From the IMG/VR virus record IMGVR_UViG_3300045988_052780: a stretch of 64,000 nucleotides of DNA, one strand, 5' to 3'. Under the pieces are notes generated by a model. That model was not told where the DNA came from. It saw only the letters and a list, made by a program, of their open reading frames with translations, and ran no database searches. Position 1 is the stretch's first letter; every line of letters starts with the position of its first letter. Shown piece by piece: positions 18,901 through 26,913 of the stretch. A program made the position numbers and the translations under genes. The stretch is from a virus.

Positions 18901-19441
18901 GGAACAAGTTAATAAGGTGCTAGAACAAGTGGATGCTATCATTAGCGGAGAAGAGCAGGCTAAGGAGGAGGATGTTACAGAAATAGTTAAGCTAGCAACA
19001 TTTAATCATGTAGACAATGAAGATTTTAACATCCCAGTTGAAGTTACAGTAGAGGCTCCAGGAATGGAGGACGTGTATAATGCGGCTGTTGGAGTAGCAG
19101 ATGGTAGTACATTCGGAACTGTTGCAGTATTGTACGACAATACAGTTGTACCTCTTGACTATAATGATAAACCATTTATATCAGGTACTATATATTATGC
19201 AGAAGAGAACAAAGATGTTAAATTGGCAACTATATCCTCTGGGGCAAATGTAGTTAGAAACCTAAAAGTAAAAGACGGTACTCTCATGGTTAAACAAGCT
19301 ACTAAAGTAACTAAACAGTTCGAGATAGTCGCAGGTGGAGAGGCTACCTGGTATTTCGACGGCTTGCCAGTAACAGATATAGAATTTAAAGATAGTAGAG
19401 CAGTAGGAACCAATTGGGGTAAATTAAGCGTATACGAGTAA
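15920..19441 (+). CDS. Large virion structural protein (1173 aa), candidate for a tail/portal-proximal complex
   Basis: Uninterrupted ATG ORF. The stop overlaps the next start (TAATG). It sits between the capsid module and the giant cargo-like genes. No catalytic motif was seen. Confidence 0.5.
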   Translation: MKKEAINTFGEGIIMDLNPLTTPSNVLTNALNATIITYNGNEFVLQNDMGNGRVETAYLPAGYVPVGIKEYGGIIYVASYNPLTNKGQIGSFPSPERNISSQELERAKVIISPSNFKYLNGILDQTIVKVEIFPKDTILRSGDKFTILLDSANVNSLKLFISNFLNASGSKATSPKNKLLTLSVAVLDSNNNLRDITSQLKRFDANNKVITFDASASPILKFNSGYFIQTMSNSESTDVDEFRKKHAVNTYNNKVFGNLYLVASLNVIDSIGVSTFGYRNTTDADVSYDDIEVTVPAKNAAVIFEVEYKYNCPDGIYGSPDSSIVTNIADVNTSYNSYYGNSSEYSPSNVILGTQFSTSRDSSKATYTLPFHTNPASDKSWPIYDLNTGLYDRKVRGQLNLSIKEDVENDTLVYSAIPCMEYTKLPGLEINGSINLAKLGSGDISMKVWRYYCNPDSMTLTWGLEAYPRHGTAIESVIFEFYDIFTASKVMTYTAPRRRSYNGSFTETFNFGVLQPRRLYLVRIAYKLNTDNKDYYTTVGYRWMFTTTLYNAQYFRTDESFVDDFANLDVDTLNKLVFNIEDALKLLSRLPSAPIISDESYMTNEAKEYNTYKNSKTEFVYSVNPVHELEGAEKYPFKVNEASIETEIEVSRDNEETKPKMTIPEITLIGTTKPGNINGYKEYKFQIDKTSTWDESKDDVDDSKFFDASNNLIGQQFKFDWDDTANRLRLTVITLSRLYTNTVSTSITLTNPYVPFITKDTIPDVFGFNPVEDLDGRLINTKEIGFRTRDRGRVEREIIDYFWRDSTNAKSRPNYYGGMGDTGVWQIKEKDDLHVRDFRDKVKEVIQKVIAERPICVIVGNPGAYNHSNVFDDSSNTYEHIKSKSDKFLGGRSNQILLWYDGNDYVWVEDFCYGNSSYPTLEMTEIVYRTFKNVLIQKGTAVAHTFFSLNKKHYAYNAEYDASVEGNLTCSSTYSDEVLISEDGSFIYTSDSIKEQVNKVLEQVDAIISGEEQAKEEDVTEIVKLATFNHVDNEDFNIPVEVTVEAPGMEDVYNAAVGVADGSTFGTVAVLYDNTVVPLDYNDKPFISGTIYYAEENKDVKLATISSGANVVRNLKVKDGTLMVKQATKVTKQFEIVAGGEATWYFDGLPVTDIEFKDSRAVGTNWGKLSVYE

Positions 19442-22400
19442 TGGTACAATTATCCGAGGGCAGTTTTACAATTAGCAATTTAAACTTCCAAACCCTAAGC
19501 ATATCTTATTACCTAAGCCAGATAAAGCCTGAAGGTAAGATTGTATATGAATACAATCCATTGCGCAACTTTAGACTGTCTGAGGATATAGATAATGAGG
19601 GTAGACATCCAGGCGATGTAGGCTTTAATAGCGATGAGGTCATTGAGGCTGGAAGTATAATAGACTTAGATACAGAGTTATTAGGATTTAGTTTAAATAA
19701 TCCTGTAGATATAGTTACTCAGTCTTCCTACGATGGCTCAGTTAACCTTATTATTAATGACAATAGAAACATACCAAGATTAATAAACACTAGATTCTCT
19801 GTACTTCAAAATAATACTTATGAAGTAGTAGATAGAATCGGAAATAACGACACTAATCTATATGACGAGAATCAATTCGATTTAGATACATCTCTTTATA
19901 AAAGAGTTAATACAATTCCCTCATTAACATTCAATGGAGTTTTACATCATGGAAATTTAAGTGTAGGAAACTATGTATTATACTTTAAATATGCAGATGC
20001 TGATGATAACGAAACTGATTTCGTAGCAGAATCAGGTATTATATCATGCTTTATAGGAAATGATGGTGATCCATTCTCTATCAATGGAGGATTTATTGAT
20101 CAAAATAGTCATAAATCTATCAACTTCTTAGTGTCAGACATTGATGGAAGTTATGATTATTTAAAAGTTTACTATACTAGAAGCACATCAGATGTTAGCC
20201 AGAATAGAGTTGTAACTGCATTTAAAATAGAGAAGAAATATCCAGTAAGAAATGGTATATGTAATATAATCATTACTGGAGATGAAAATGCAGTTGAGAT
20301 TCCTATATCAGATATAAATATGCAATATTTGATTGCTGATAAAGTTAAAGCCCAGGCAGTATGTCAGAACATGCTGTTCTTGGGTAACTTTAATAAGCCA
20401 GATCAAATGTATCAGGATTTAACTGATATAAGCTTAAGAATTCTCCCATATATTGATGTAAAGAAATCTGAGGATCTTATAGGATATGTAGATAATACCT
20501 ACACAGACATAAGTGTTTCGAATACCCCTGGAGAGTATTATAATACTAAGAACATCTATAATTATGTTGGATATTGGAATGAAGAGTTTTATAGGCTTGC
20601 CATAGTATGGGTAATGACTGACGGAACTCTATCTCCAGCATACAATATCAGAGGTAAGAATAAAATTCCAACCAGAGATAATTTATTTGGAGTTGATGGA
20701 TATACTCTAGATGGGCTTACCGACTTGTTTGATAGTGAGGGTAAACGAACATATATAGCAGTTGATGAAGAAACTTACGAGATAGAAGATTCACAGAATT
20801 ATGAGAATGCTAAGGGTGTTATTAAAATAGATTATACTCCAGATTCAGGAGACTTTACAGTATGTGGAATTGGAGTATTCATTCCTACAGAGGTTGCAGA
20901 ATACTTGAAAGATAAAGTTAAAGGATTCTTTATAGTAAGACAGAAGAGAATTCCTACAATTTTAGCACAAGCATATGTATTACCTAGAGACATAAATTCT
21001 GAAGTACCAGCAATACCAACTGCTCAAGAATATAAAATTGAAAGGTTCTTGGATGATGATAGAATCCTAAATCAGAATTATTCTGAAAGATTAATGAGCA
21101 TTGATTCAAACTCGTCGGAGTTAGGAGCTAGAGCAGCAATATGTCCAGAATACTCCACCAATCAGGGATATTTTAATTCATTATTCACTGGAACACAATA
21201 TCTTACTAAGAACTCTAGAGTGCAGCCTACATCTAAGTATCTTGATATTGATGTATATAATGAGAGAAACTACTTCGTACCAGGATATAAGGCTAACTCA
21301 GATGATAACTTAGTAAATGCTAAAATAGTGGGAGTTGGTGACAATGTGCCATTAATTGCTATTGAAGATACTTCATTTAGAGGTAGAGCAGGAGAGGCTG
21401 AAGAAGCTTTTAGATTTAGGTATGTTAAATCAGACAATAAGACTAAAGATGCTTCTAATTTAGTAAGAGGTATTTACTCTCCGTATCTCGGAATCATAGG
21501 AAATACTACCATAGGTAATATAATAAACATATATACTCCGGGATATGGTACGTCAGCATATAAACAATATTTCACTACTAGATATGATGATACATCTCCT
21601 TATTATGCTATAGGAGATAGAGTCAGTATAGAGGATGTAATCAGTAAGTATGAATTAACTACAGTAGGAGATGTTTCTGGCTATGTTAAGACTTATTATA
21701 GAGGAGATTGTTATATATGCAACTATACTCATAGACTTAATAGAAACTTCCAAGACCCGTCAGCTCCTATAAATGATGAGATAGTAGACGATAATACTTG
21801 GAAAGATAACTATGATAATGAGAATAAAGAGAAGAATGAGAAGATAAATAGAGGAGACGTTAATGCAATTAGACTTGGAAGTTGGATTACCGTTAAATAC
21901 TACACCTCTAGAAATCTATCTATAAGATCTCTTGATTATAGTTATCCTAGTGAGGAAGGACTTACTGGACTTAAAAGAGGATTCTATCCCTTACAAGAAA
22001 TGAGTACAGACGGTAATTATAAAATTCCAGAATCGTCTGTAGTAAATGAAGGATTTGCAAGTACAGTTGGAGAGAAAGTCTCATACACATTACCTGAAGT
22101 GCCTTATATAAAGAATAGATTTGATACTAGGATATTGTACTCTGATTTAGCTATTAATGATGCTTTCAAGAATGGACTTAGAGTATTCCAGTTTACTCAT
22201 TATAGGGATTATCCTAGAATTTATGGAGGATTAATGAAGATGGTTGAATGGTTCGGTAATCTACTTTGCATATTTGAACATGGAGTAGCTCTTATTCCAG
22301 TCAATGAACGTGCAGTTGCTGGAGAAGGTTCGGGTGGAAATGTCTTCATAAACACTTCTAACGTGCTGCCAGAGAATCCAATGATGTTGTCAGATACATT

Positions 22401-24222
22401 CGGTACTCAATGGCCAGAAAGTGTCATCAAGACTCCCTATTACGTCTATGGAGTGGATACAGTAGGAAGAAAGATATGGAGAACTAACGGCAAACAGTTT
22501 GAAGTTATTTCAGATTTTAAGATACAGGAATTTCTGAATGAGAACATTAGTCTAACTGAGCGTGAGCTGACTCCAATAATAGGAGTTAGGAATGTTAAGA
22601 GTCATTATAATAGATTCAAGCAAGACGTAATGTTCACATTCTATGATAATCTATACGGATTTGAAGAGAAAGTTTGGAATATATGTTATAATGAGGTTTT
22701 AGGTAAATGGATTACATTCTATTCTTGGGTTCCGTCTTACTCAGAGAATATTGATAATGTATATTTTAGCTTCGATAGGGATACTTCTAAATGGATAAGT
22801 AAATTGGGTTCTTCCCAGAAAGGTTCTACATCACAAGATGGAGTTATTCTATCTAACGTTGTTATTGATGAATGGGGTACTTATGGCGGGTTGAAATCTA
22901 CGGAATTAGATTTAGTAAATAGAGCTGTTCCTAACGATGATAAAACTGGAGTTACTTATGAGAAGACTTTTAGTATCGTTAGAGACAATTTTGGATTTTA
23001 CAAGCATTTCGACATTAGAGGAGGTAATCACTTAGTAATGCTTTCTGAACCAGATTGGAAGTATCCTGTAGTTCAATTAAATATTCAATGTGATATTACC
23101 GCTAGATACAAGTCTGGAACAGTTCCCACAGATATTAATGAATATTTAACTGGATGGAAAGATTATCTATCATATAATTTAGGATTATATCAATCTAGTA
23201 TTGCTATTACTACTAAAGAAATTCTAGAGAACGGAGTGAATGACGGCTTGAATCTTACTACGGACTTCTGGAAACATGGTCAGGCAGGAATCATAGATAT
23301 AAAAGATCCAATTAAACCCTGTTTCTGGTACGGTAAACAACATCCGTTTGAGTATGAATTTGTAGTAGTTGACAATCCATCAGTTCATAAGATATTTAAT
23401 AATTTGCATATTATTAGTAATAAAGCTAAACCAGATTCATTCCATTACGAAATTGTAGGTGAGGTTTACGACTTCCATGACGATAAGAAGAATATGTATA
23501 TAAGACAAGAAGCTACTAAAGACTTTTATCAATATAATGGTTCTGACATCTTATATAATAGAAATTTCTTAAATTTAAGAGGTTCCCAAAGACCTATATC
23601 TAGAAATGGAATAGCAACAGGAGCTATGGATAAATCTACTATATTCCCTCTGTATTATGCTAGAGTAGATACTTTTAATGAAGTAGAGGATTACTATAGA
23701 TTGAAAACTGCCCCTAATAAAGATTATGTTAACTTATCTGGAACTGAAATAGTATACAATGAGAAGTTAAATGAATTTAGAGTATGGACTCATGCTAAAG
23801 CAGTAGATATTAAAGACCCTACAGCTGGACGTCTAAGAGGTAATATGAATTATCAGGAAGATGTTTGGGATGTACAGATTAATTCTATTACCTTTGTGCA
23901 GAAGAATGAGCCAACTTGGAATAAATCTAATGTAAATGGAGAAGTAATTAATAAGGTTCCTATATCTGTAGGTAATTCTCCAATACCTAATGACCTTAAA
24001 GGTTTTGATATTTCTGAAAGTACACCAGTTGAGAATTTTATGCCTAGTGATTTAAGAACATTAGGATATAATATAGATGATATAGATGTATCTGATTGGT
24101 GGAGTGGTAGGAAAGAAACTAGGTTAAGAGATAAGTACATTAAGATTAGAGTCAGATATACTGGTGAAGAGCTGGCTATAATTACTGCATTAAAGACATT
24201 ATTTACAATAAGCTATGCATAA
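19441..24222 (+). CDS. Large virion structural protein (1593 aa), a tail-complex candidate
   Basis: Uninterrupted ORF, translationally coupled upstream (TAATG) and downstream (8-nt overlap). Composition is beta-rich and Asn/Tyr/Asp-rich. Confidence 0.5.
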   Translation: MVQLSEGSFTISNLNFQTLSISYYLSQIKPEGKIVYEYNPLRNFRLSEDIDNEGRHPGDVGFNSDEVIEAGSIIDLDTELLGFSLNNPVDIVTQSSYDGSVNLIINDNRNIPRLINTRFSVLQNNTYEVVDRIGNNDTNLYDENQFDLDTSLYKRVNTIPSLTFNGVLHHGNLSVGNYVLYFKYADADDNETDFVAESGIISCFIGNDGDPFSINGGFIDQNSHKSINFLVSDIDGSYDYLKVYYTRSTSDVSQNRVVTAFKIEKKYPVRNGICNIIITGDENAVEIPISDINMQYLIADKVKAQAVCQNMLFLGNFNKPDQMYQDLTDISLRILPYIDVKKSEDLIGYVDNTYTDISVSNTPGEYYNTKNIYNYVGYWNEEFYRLAIVWVMTDGTLSPAYNIRGKNKIPTRDNLFGVDGYTLDGLTDLFDSEGKRTYIAVDEETYEIEDSQNYENAKGVIKIDYTPDSGDFTVCGIGVFIPTEVAEYLKDKVKGFFIVRQKRIPTILAQAYVLPRDINSEVPAIPTAQEYKIERFLDDDRILNQNYSERLMSIDSNSSELGARAAICPEYSTNQGYFNSLFTGTQYLTKNSRVQPTSKYLDIDVYNERNYFVPGYKANSDDNLVNAKIVGVGDNVPLIAIEDTSFRGRAGEAEEAFRFRYVKSDNKTKDASNLVRGIYSPYLGIIGNTTIGNIINIYTPGYGTSAYKQYFTTRYDDTSPYYAIGDRVSIEDVISKYELTTVGDVSGYVKTYYRGDCYICNYTHRLNRNFQDPSAPINDEIVDDNTWKDNYDNENKEKNEKINRGDVNAIRLGSWITVKYYTSRNLSIRSLDYSYPSEEGLTGLKRGFYPLQEMSTDGNYKIPESSVVNEGFASTVGEKVSYTLPEVPYIKNRFDTRILYSDLAINDAFKNGLRVFQFTHYRDYPRIYGGLMKMVEWFGNLLCIFEHGVALIPVNERAVAGEGSGGNVFINTSNVLPENPMMLSDTFGTQWPESVIKTPYYVYGVDTVGRKIWRTNGKQFEVISDFKIQEFLNENISLTERELTPIIGVRNVKSHYNRFKQDVMFTFYDNLYGFEEKVWNICYNEVLGKWITFYSWVPSYSENIDNVYFSFDRDTSKWISKLGSSQKGSTSQDGVILSNVVIDEWGTYGGLKSTELDLVNRAVPNDDKTGVTYEKTFSIVRDNFGFYKHFDIRGGNHLVMLSEPDWKYPVVQLNIQCDITARYKSGTVPTDINEYLTGWKDYLSYNLGLYQSSIAITTKEILENGVNDGLNLTTDFWKHGQAGIIDIKDPIKPCFWYGKQHPFEYEFVVVDNPSVHKIFNNLHIISNKAKPDSFHYEIVGEVYDFHDDKKNMYIRQEATKDFYQYNGSDILYNRNFLNLRGSQRPISRNGIATGAMDKSTIFPLYYARVDTFNEVEDYYRLKTAPNKDYVNLSGTEIVYNEKLNEFRVWTHAKAVDIKDPTAGRLRGNMNYQEDVWDVQINSITFVQKNEPTWNKSNVNGEVINKVPISVGNSPIPNDLKGFDISESTPVENFMPSDLRTLGYNIDDIDVSDWWSGRKETRLRDKYIKIRVRYTGEELAIITALKTLFTISYA

Positions 24223-25393
24223 CACTTATAAAAGAAGAATTCTGAAGGGGCAGGCAGGTTTGCTTGCTCCTATACAGAATGGAGGTTCTAGTTTCAGTCC
24301 ATTACCACCGATGCCTCCTATTAATACGTTAAATCCTTCTGGAGGAAGATCTAGAAATGGCATCTTTAGTAAGTCCAATATAGGTAGTACCGTAAATGTT
24401 GCTAGTCAAGTAGCTGACGTAGTAAGATCATTTATGCCTGAGAATAATGTTTATCAAGGTCCTAAAGGATCTATTACTAGAGGTATAGATAATGCATATG
24501 ACGCTGCTGCTAACATGGCTATGCAAATTAATCCTGTGATAGGAGGAGCAATGAAAGTTGGAGGTTTAGTATCAGATGGAATTAATGCCATTACTGGTGG
24601 TACTGATGGAATGACAACTCAAGATTCTATATTTAGTTCTACATTAGGTAATTTAACCGGATTAGGCATTATAAATAGTGCCTTTGGTAAAAGAGCTAAT
24701 ACTATTAATAAAGATAATGAGACTTGGGAACAGCAAGGTTCTGCTTACGGAGGGTCTTTAGCTAAGGTAGACGATGCTCTTACTAAGAGTGGTAAGAAGT
24801 ATGGATTATTTAGTAATAGAGCCAGAAAGAAAGCCAATGCTCAAATATCTGAAGCTAAGAGACAGCAGAATTTAGTTGCCGATATTAATGAAGAAGCACA
24901 AGATGCATTTGCAGCATCTAACTACAGTGGCATAGGACTTAGAAATCAAATAGCTTTAAATGGCGGATATAGAAGTATGGCTATAGGTAGAAACGGAATA
25001 AAGATTTTGGATAAAGAATTACAATGGGCTAACTCTATCCTTAATAAAACTAAAGCCTCTGTTCCAGAATTTAAATCTGGTGGTAAAGTTAATGTAATTC
25101 CGGAGGGAGCATTACACAAGAATAAGCATCATTTAGAAGATGTAAATCCAGAATTTAAAGATGTAACTAATAAAGGCATACCAGTAGTTAGTAAGGAAGA
25201 TGGTGGCGAGTTAGTACAACATGCAGAGATTGAACGTAATGAGATTATATTTAACCTAGATGTAACTAATAAGCTTGAAGAGCTAATGAAGAAGGGCGAT
25301 GATGAGTCCGCTATTGAGGCAGGTAAGTTGTTAGTACATGAGATACTTAATAATACTATCGACAATACCGGAATATTAAAAGAAATTCAATGA
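24215..25393 (+). CDS. Hypothetical virion-module protein (392 aa)
   Basis: ATG ORF overlapping its neighbours on both sides (ATGA at 25390). Gly/Ala/Asn-rich. Confidence 0.45.
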   Translation: MHNTYKRRILKGQAGLLAPIQNGGSSFSPLPPMPPINTLNPSGGRSRNGIFSKSNIGSTVNVASQVADVVRSFMPENNVYQGPKGSITRGIDNAYDAAANMAMQINPVIGGAMKVGGLVSDGINAITGGTDGMTTQDSIFSSTLGNLTGLGIINSAFGKRANTINKDNETWEQQGSAYGGSLAKVDDALTKSGKKYGLFSNRARKKANAQISEAKRQQNLVADINEEAQDAFAASNYSGIGLRNQIALNGGYRSMAIGRNGIKILDKELQWANSILNKTKASVPEFKSGGKVNVIPEGALHKNKHHLEDVNPEFKDVTNKGIPVVSKEDGGELVQHAEIERNEIIFNLDVTNKLEELMKKGDDESAIEAGKLLVHEILNNTIDNTGILKEIQ

Positions 25394-25902
25394 GAAGAAT
25401 TGCTTTATTAATTATCATGCTCTTCTTAGCTGTGGGGTGTAATAATAGACCTACTAATACAGAATCTTTACTATATTTTGAGAATAAATATACAGAAGCT
25501 TGTAACATACCTGTAGTTAAGAGCCAAGTAGGTAATCAAACTGCTTATTTTATAATAGATACTGGTGCTAACACATCACTTATAGATTCAGATTATTATA
25601 GAACACACCAAGAACTGTTTGTATTTAGTCATACAGTAGATGTACAATATCATGGAATAGGTGGTTCTACTGAGGAAATGACAGTAGATGTAGTTATAGG
25701 CGAACTATCTATAGGAGATGTAATATTTATGGAATCTGATTTATCATCAGTAAGAAGGCAGCTTCAAATAGAGGGATATAATATTATAGGCATTATAGGT
25801 TCTGATTTCTTTGAGAGGACTTTGTCTATTATAGACTACGGAAATAGAGCACTATACTTTGCAAGTTTGGATTTAGACTCACTAAACATTGGTAACAAAT
25901 GA
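25390..25902 (+). CDS. Predicted lipoprotein with a retropepsin-like (clan AA) aspartic protease domain
   Basis: The N-terminus MRRIALLIIMLFLAVGC is a signal peptide ending in the lipobox LAVG|C. The segment AYFIIDTGANTSLID is the D-T/S-G-A catalytic signature with the flanking hydrophobic pattern of retropepsin-like proteases. A second flap-like motif NIIGIIGSDFF is present. The gene has ATGA overlaps on both sides. Confidence 0.6.
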   Translation: MRRIALLIIMLFLAVGCNNRPTNTESLLYFENKYTEACNIPVVKSQVGNQTAYFIIDTGANTSLIDSDYYRTHQELFVFSHTVDVQYHGIGGSTEEMTVDVVIGELSIGDVIFMESDLSSVRRQLQIEGYNIIGIIGSDFFERTLSIIDYGNRALYFASLDLDSLNIGNK

Positions 25903-26462
25903 GAATAGAGATAGGTGATAGAACATATAATGTTAAAGTAGCCGAATCAGAAGAAGATAAAATTAAGGGATTACAAGGCAGAAAGTCCTTAGCTGAAGAT
26001 GAGGGTATGCTGTTTGTTTACGATGAACCTCAGACTGTAGGATTTTGGATGAAAGATACTGTTATTCCTCTTGACATTATCTTTATAGATGAGGATTTAG
26101 AAGTGATCTCAATATATCAGGGCAACCCAAACGATGACACTATAGCTGAAGAGGATAATGTACTATTAGTACTAGAAGTTAGTCAAGGCTCTGGAATAAG
26201 TGAGGGGGACGAACTTGATATAGAAGATGATGATGAAGTACCTACTATGAAAGTAATCGCTCCTGATGGTTCTACTCAAATGGAACTAGAAGGAGGAGAG
26301 AGAATCTTCAGTAGAAAGAACACTAAGACTCTGATTCGGATGGCTAAAAGAGCTAGTAAAAGTAAGTCAGATAAAGATTATAAGGCACTTGGTAAGAAGA
26401 TGTTTGAATATTTAAAGCAACAAGACCAACGTGAACCTGAATATGTGGAAAAGAAAGATTAA
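25899..26462 (+). CDS. DUF192-family protein
   Basis: The segment GMLFVYDEPQTVGFWMKDTVIPLDIIFIDEDLEVISIYQGNPND...NVLLVLEVSQG fits the conserved DUF192 pattern (M.Fvf......fwMkNt.iPLDiiFid.dg.V..i.......p.......yvLEv..G). The start overlaps the protease gene stop (ATGA). Confidence 0.55.
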   Translation: MRIEIGDRTYNVKVAESEEDKIKGLQGRKSLAEDEGMLFVYDEPQTVGFWMKDTVIPLDIIFIDEDLEVISIYQGNPNDDTIAEEDNVLLVLEVSQGSGISEGDELDIEDDDEVPTMKVIAPDGSTQMELEGGERIFSRKNTKTLIRMAKRASKSKSDKDYKALGKKMFEYLKQQDQREPEYVEKKD

Positions 26463-26500
26463 CTTGTTAGTTCCATTAACTATAACTACCTTTGTAGGAC
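26461..26500 (+). promoter_or_regulatory. Candidate Bacteroides-type promoter with -7 box TACCTTTG at 26487-26494
   Basis: The octamer TACCTTTG is identical to the one at 2991-2998 and matches TAnnTTTG exactly. It lies about 39 nt upstream of the ATG at 26533. A cTTGTT sequence sits about 20 nt further upstream. Confidence 0.3.
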
Positions 26501-26532
26501 AGTTAAGGTTTAACGTTAAACAGTAATTTAAC

Positions 26533-26847
26533 ATGAGAATTCAAAGTAAATCAATTAAATTTATGCAACAAGGTGGCCCAGCTCCTGCACCTCAAGATGC
26601 ACCAGCAGCTGCACCAGCAGAAGGAGCACCGGTAGAAGGTGGAGCACCAGAAGGTGGAGCTCAAGACCCAATGCAACAGATTCTTCAAGTAGCAGCTCAA
26701 GCTGTACAGACACAGAATTGTGAAGCTGCAATGGCTGTATGTCAAGCACTAGTTCAAGCAATGCAAGGCGGAATGGGGCCTGGAGAAGCTCCTCAAGAGG
26801 AACCAACATTCGCTAGAAATGGTTCTAAACTTAGAAGAGTTAGATAA
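26533..26847 (+). CDS. Moron-like small Ala/Pro/Gly-rich protein (104 aa)
   Basis: ATG ORF with markedly higher GC (~48%) than its surroundings, its own candidate promoter and a downstream terminator. It has a low-complexity segment PAPAPQDAPAAAPAEGAPVEGGAPEGGAQDP and a helical Gln/Ala-rich C-terminus. Minus-strand ORFs at 26551-26809 are artefacts of the GC-rich stretch. Confidence 0.5.
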   Translation: MRIQSKSIKFMQQGGPAPAPQDAPAAAPAEGAPVEGGAPEGGAQDPMQQILQVAAQAVQTQNCEAAMAVCQALVQAMQGGMGPGEAPQEEPTFARNGSKLRRVR

Positions 26848-26861
26848 TCATTTACAAAGTT

Positions 26862-26905
26862 AGAAAGGAGCATATATAATTAAGTATATGTTCCTTTCTT
26901 AGTTT
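26862..26905 (+). terminator. Rho-independent terminator
   Basis: A long imperfect hairpin pairs AGAAAGGAGCATATA (26862-26876) with TATATGTTCCTTTCT (26885-26899). It is followed by TAGTTTATAT. Confidence 0.45.
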
Positions 26906-26913
26906 ATATAAGT

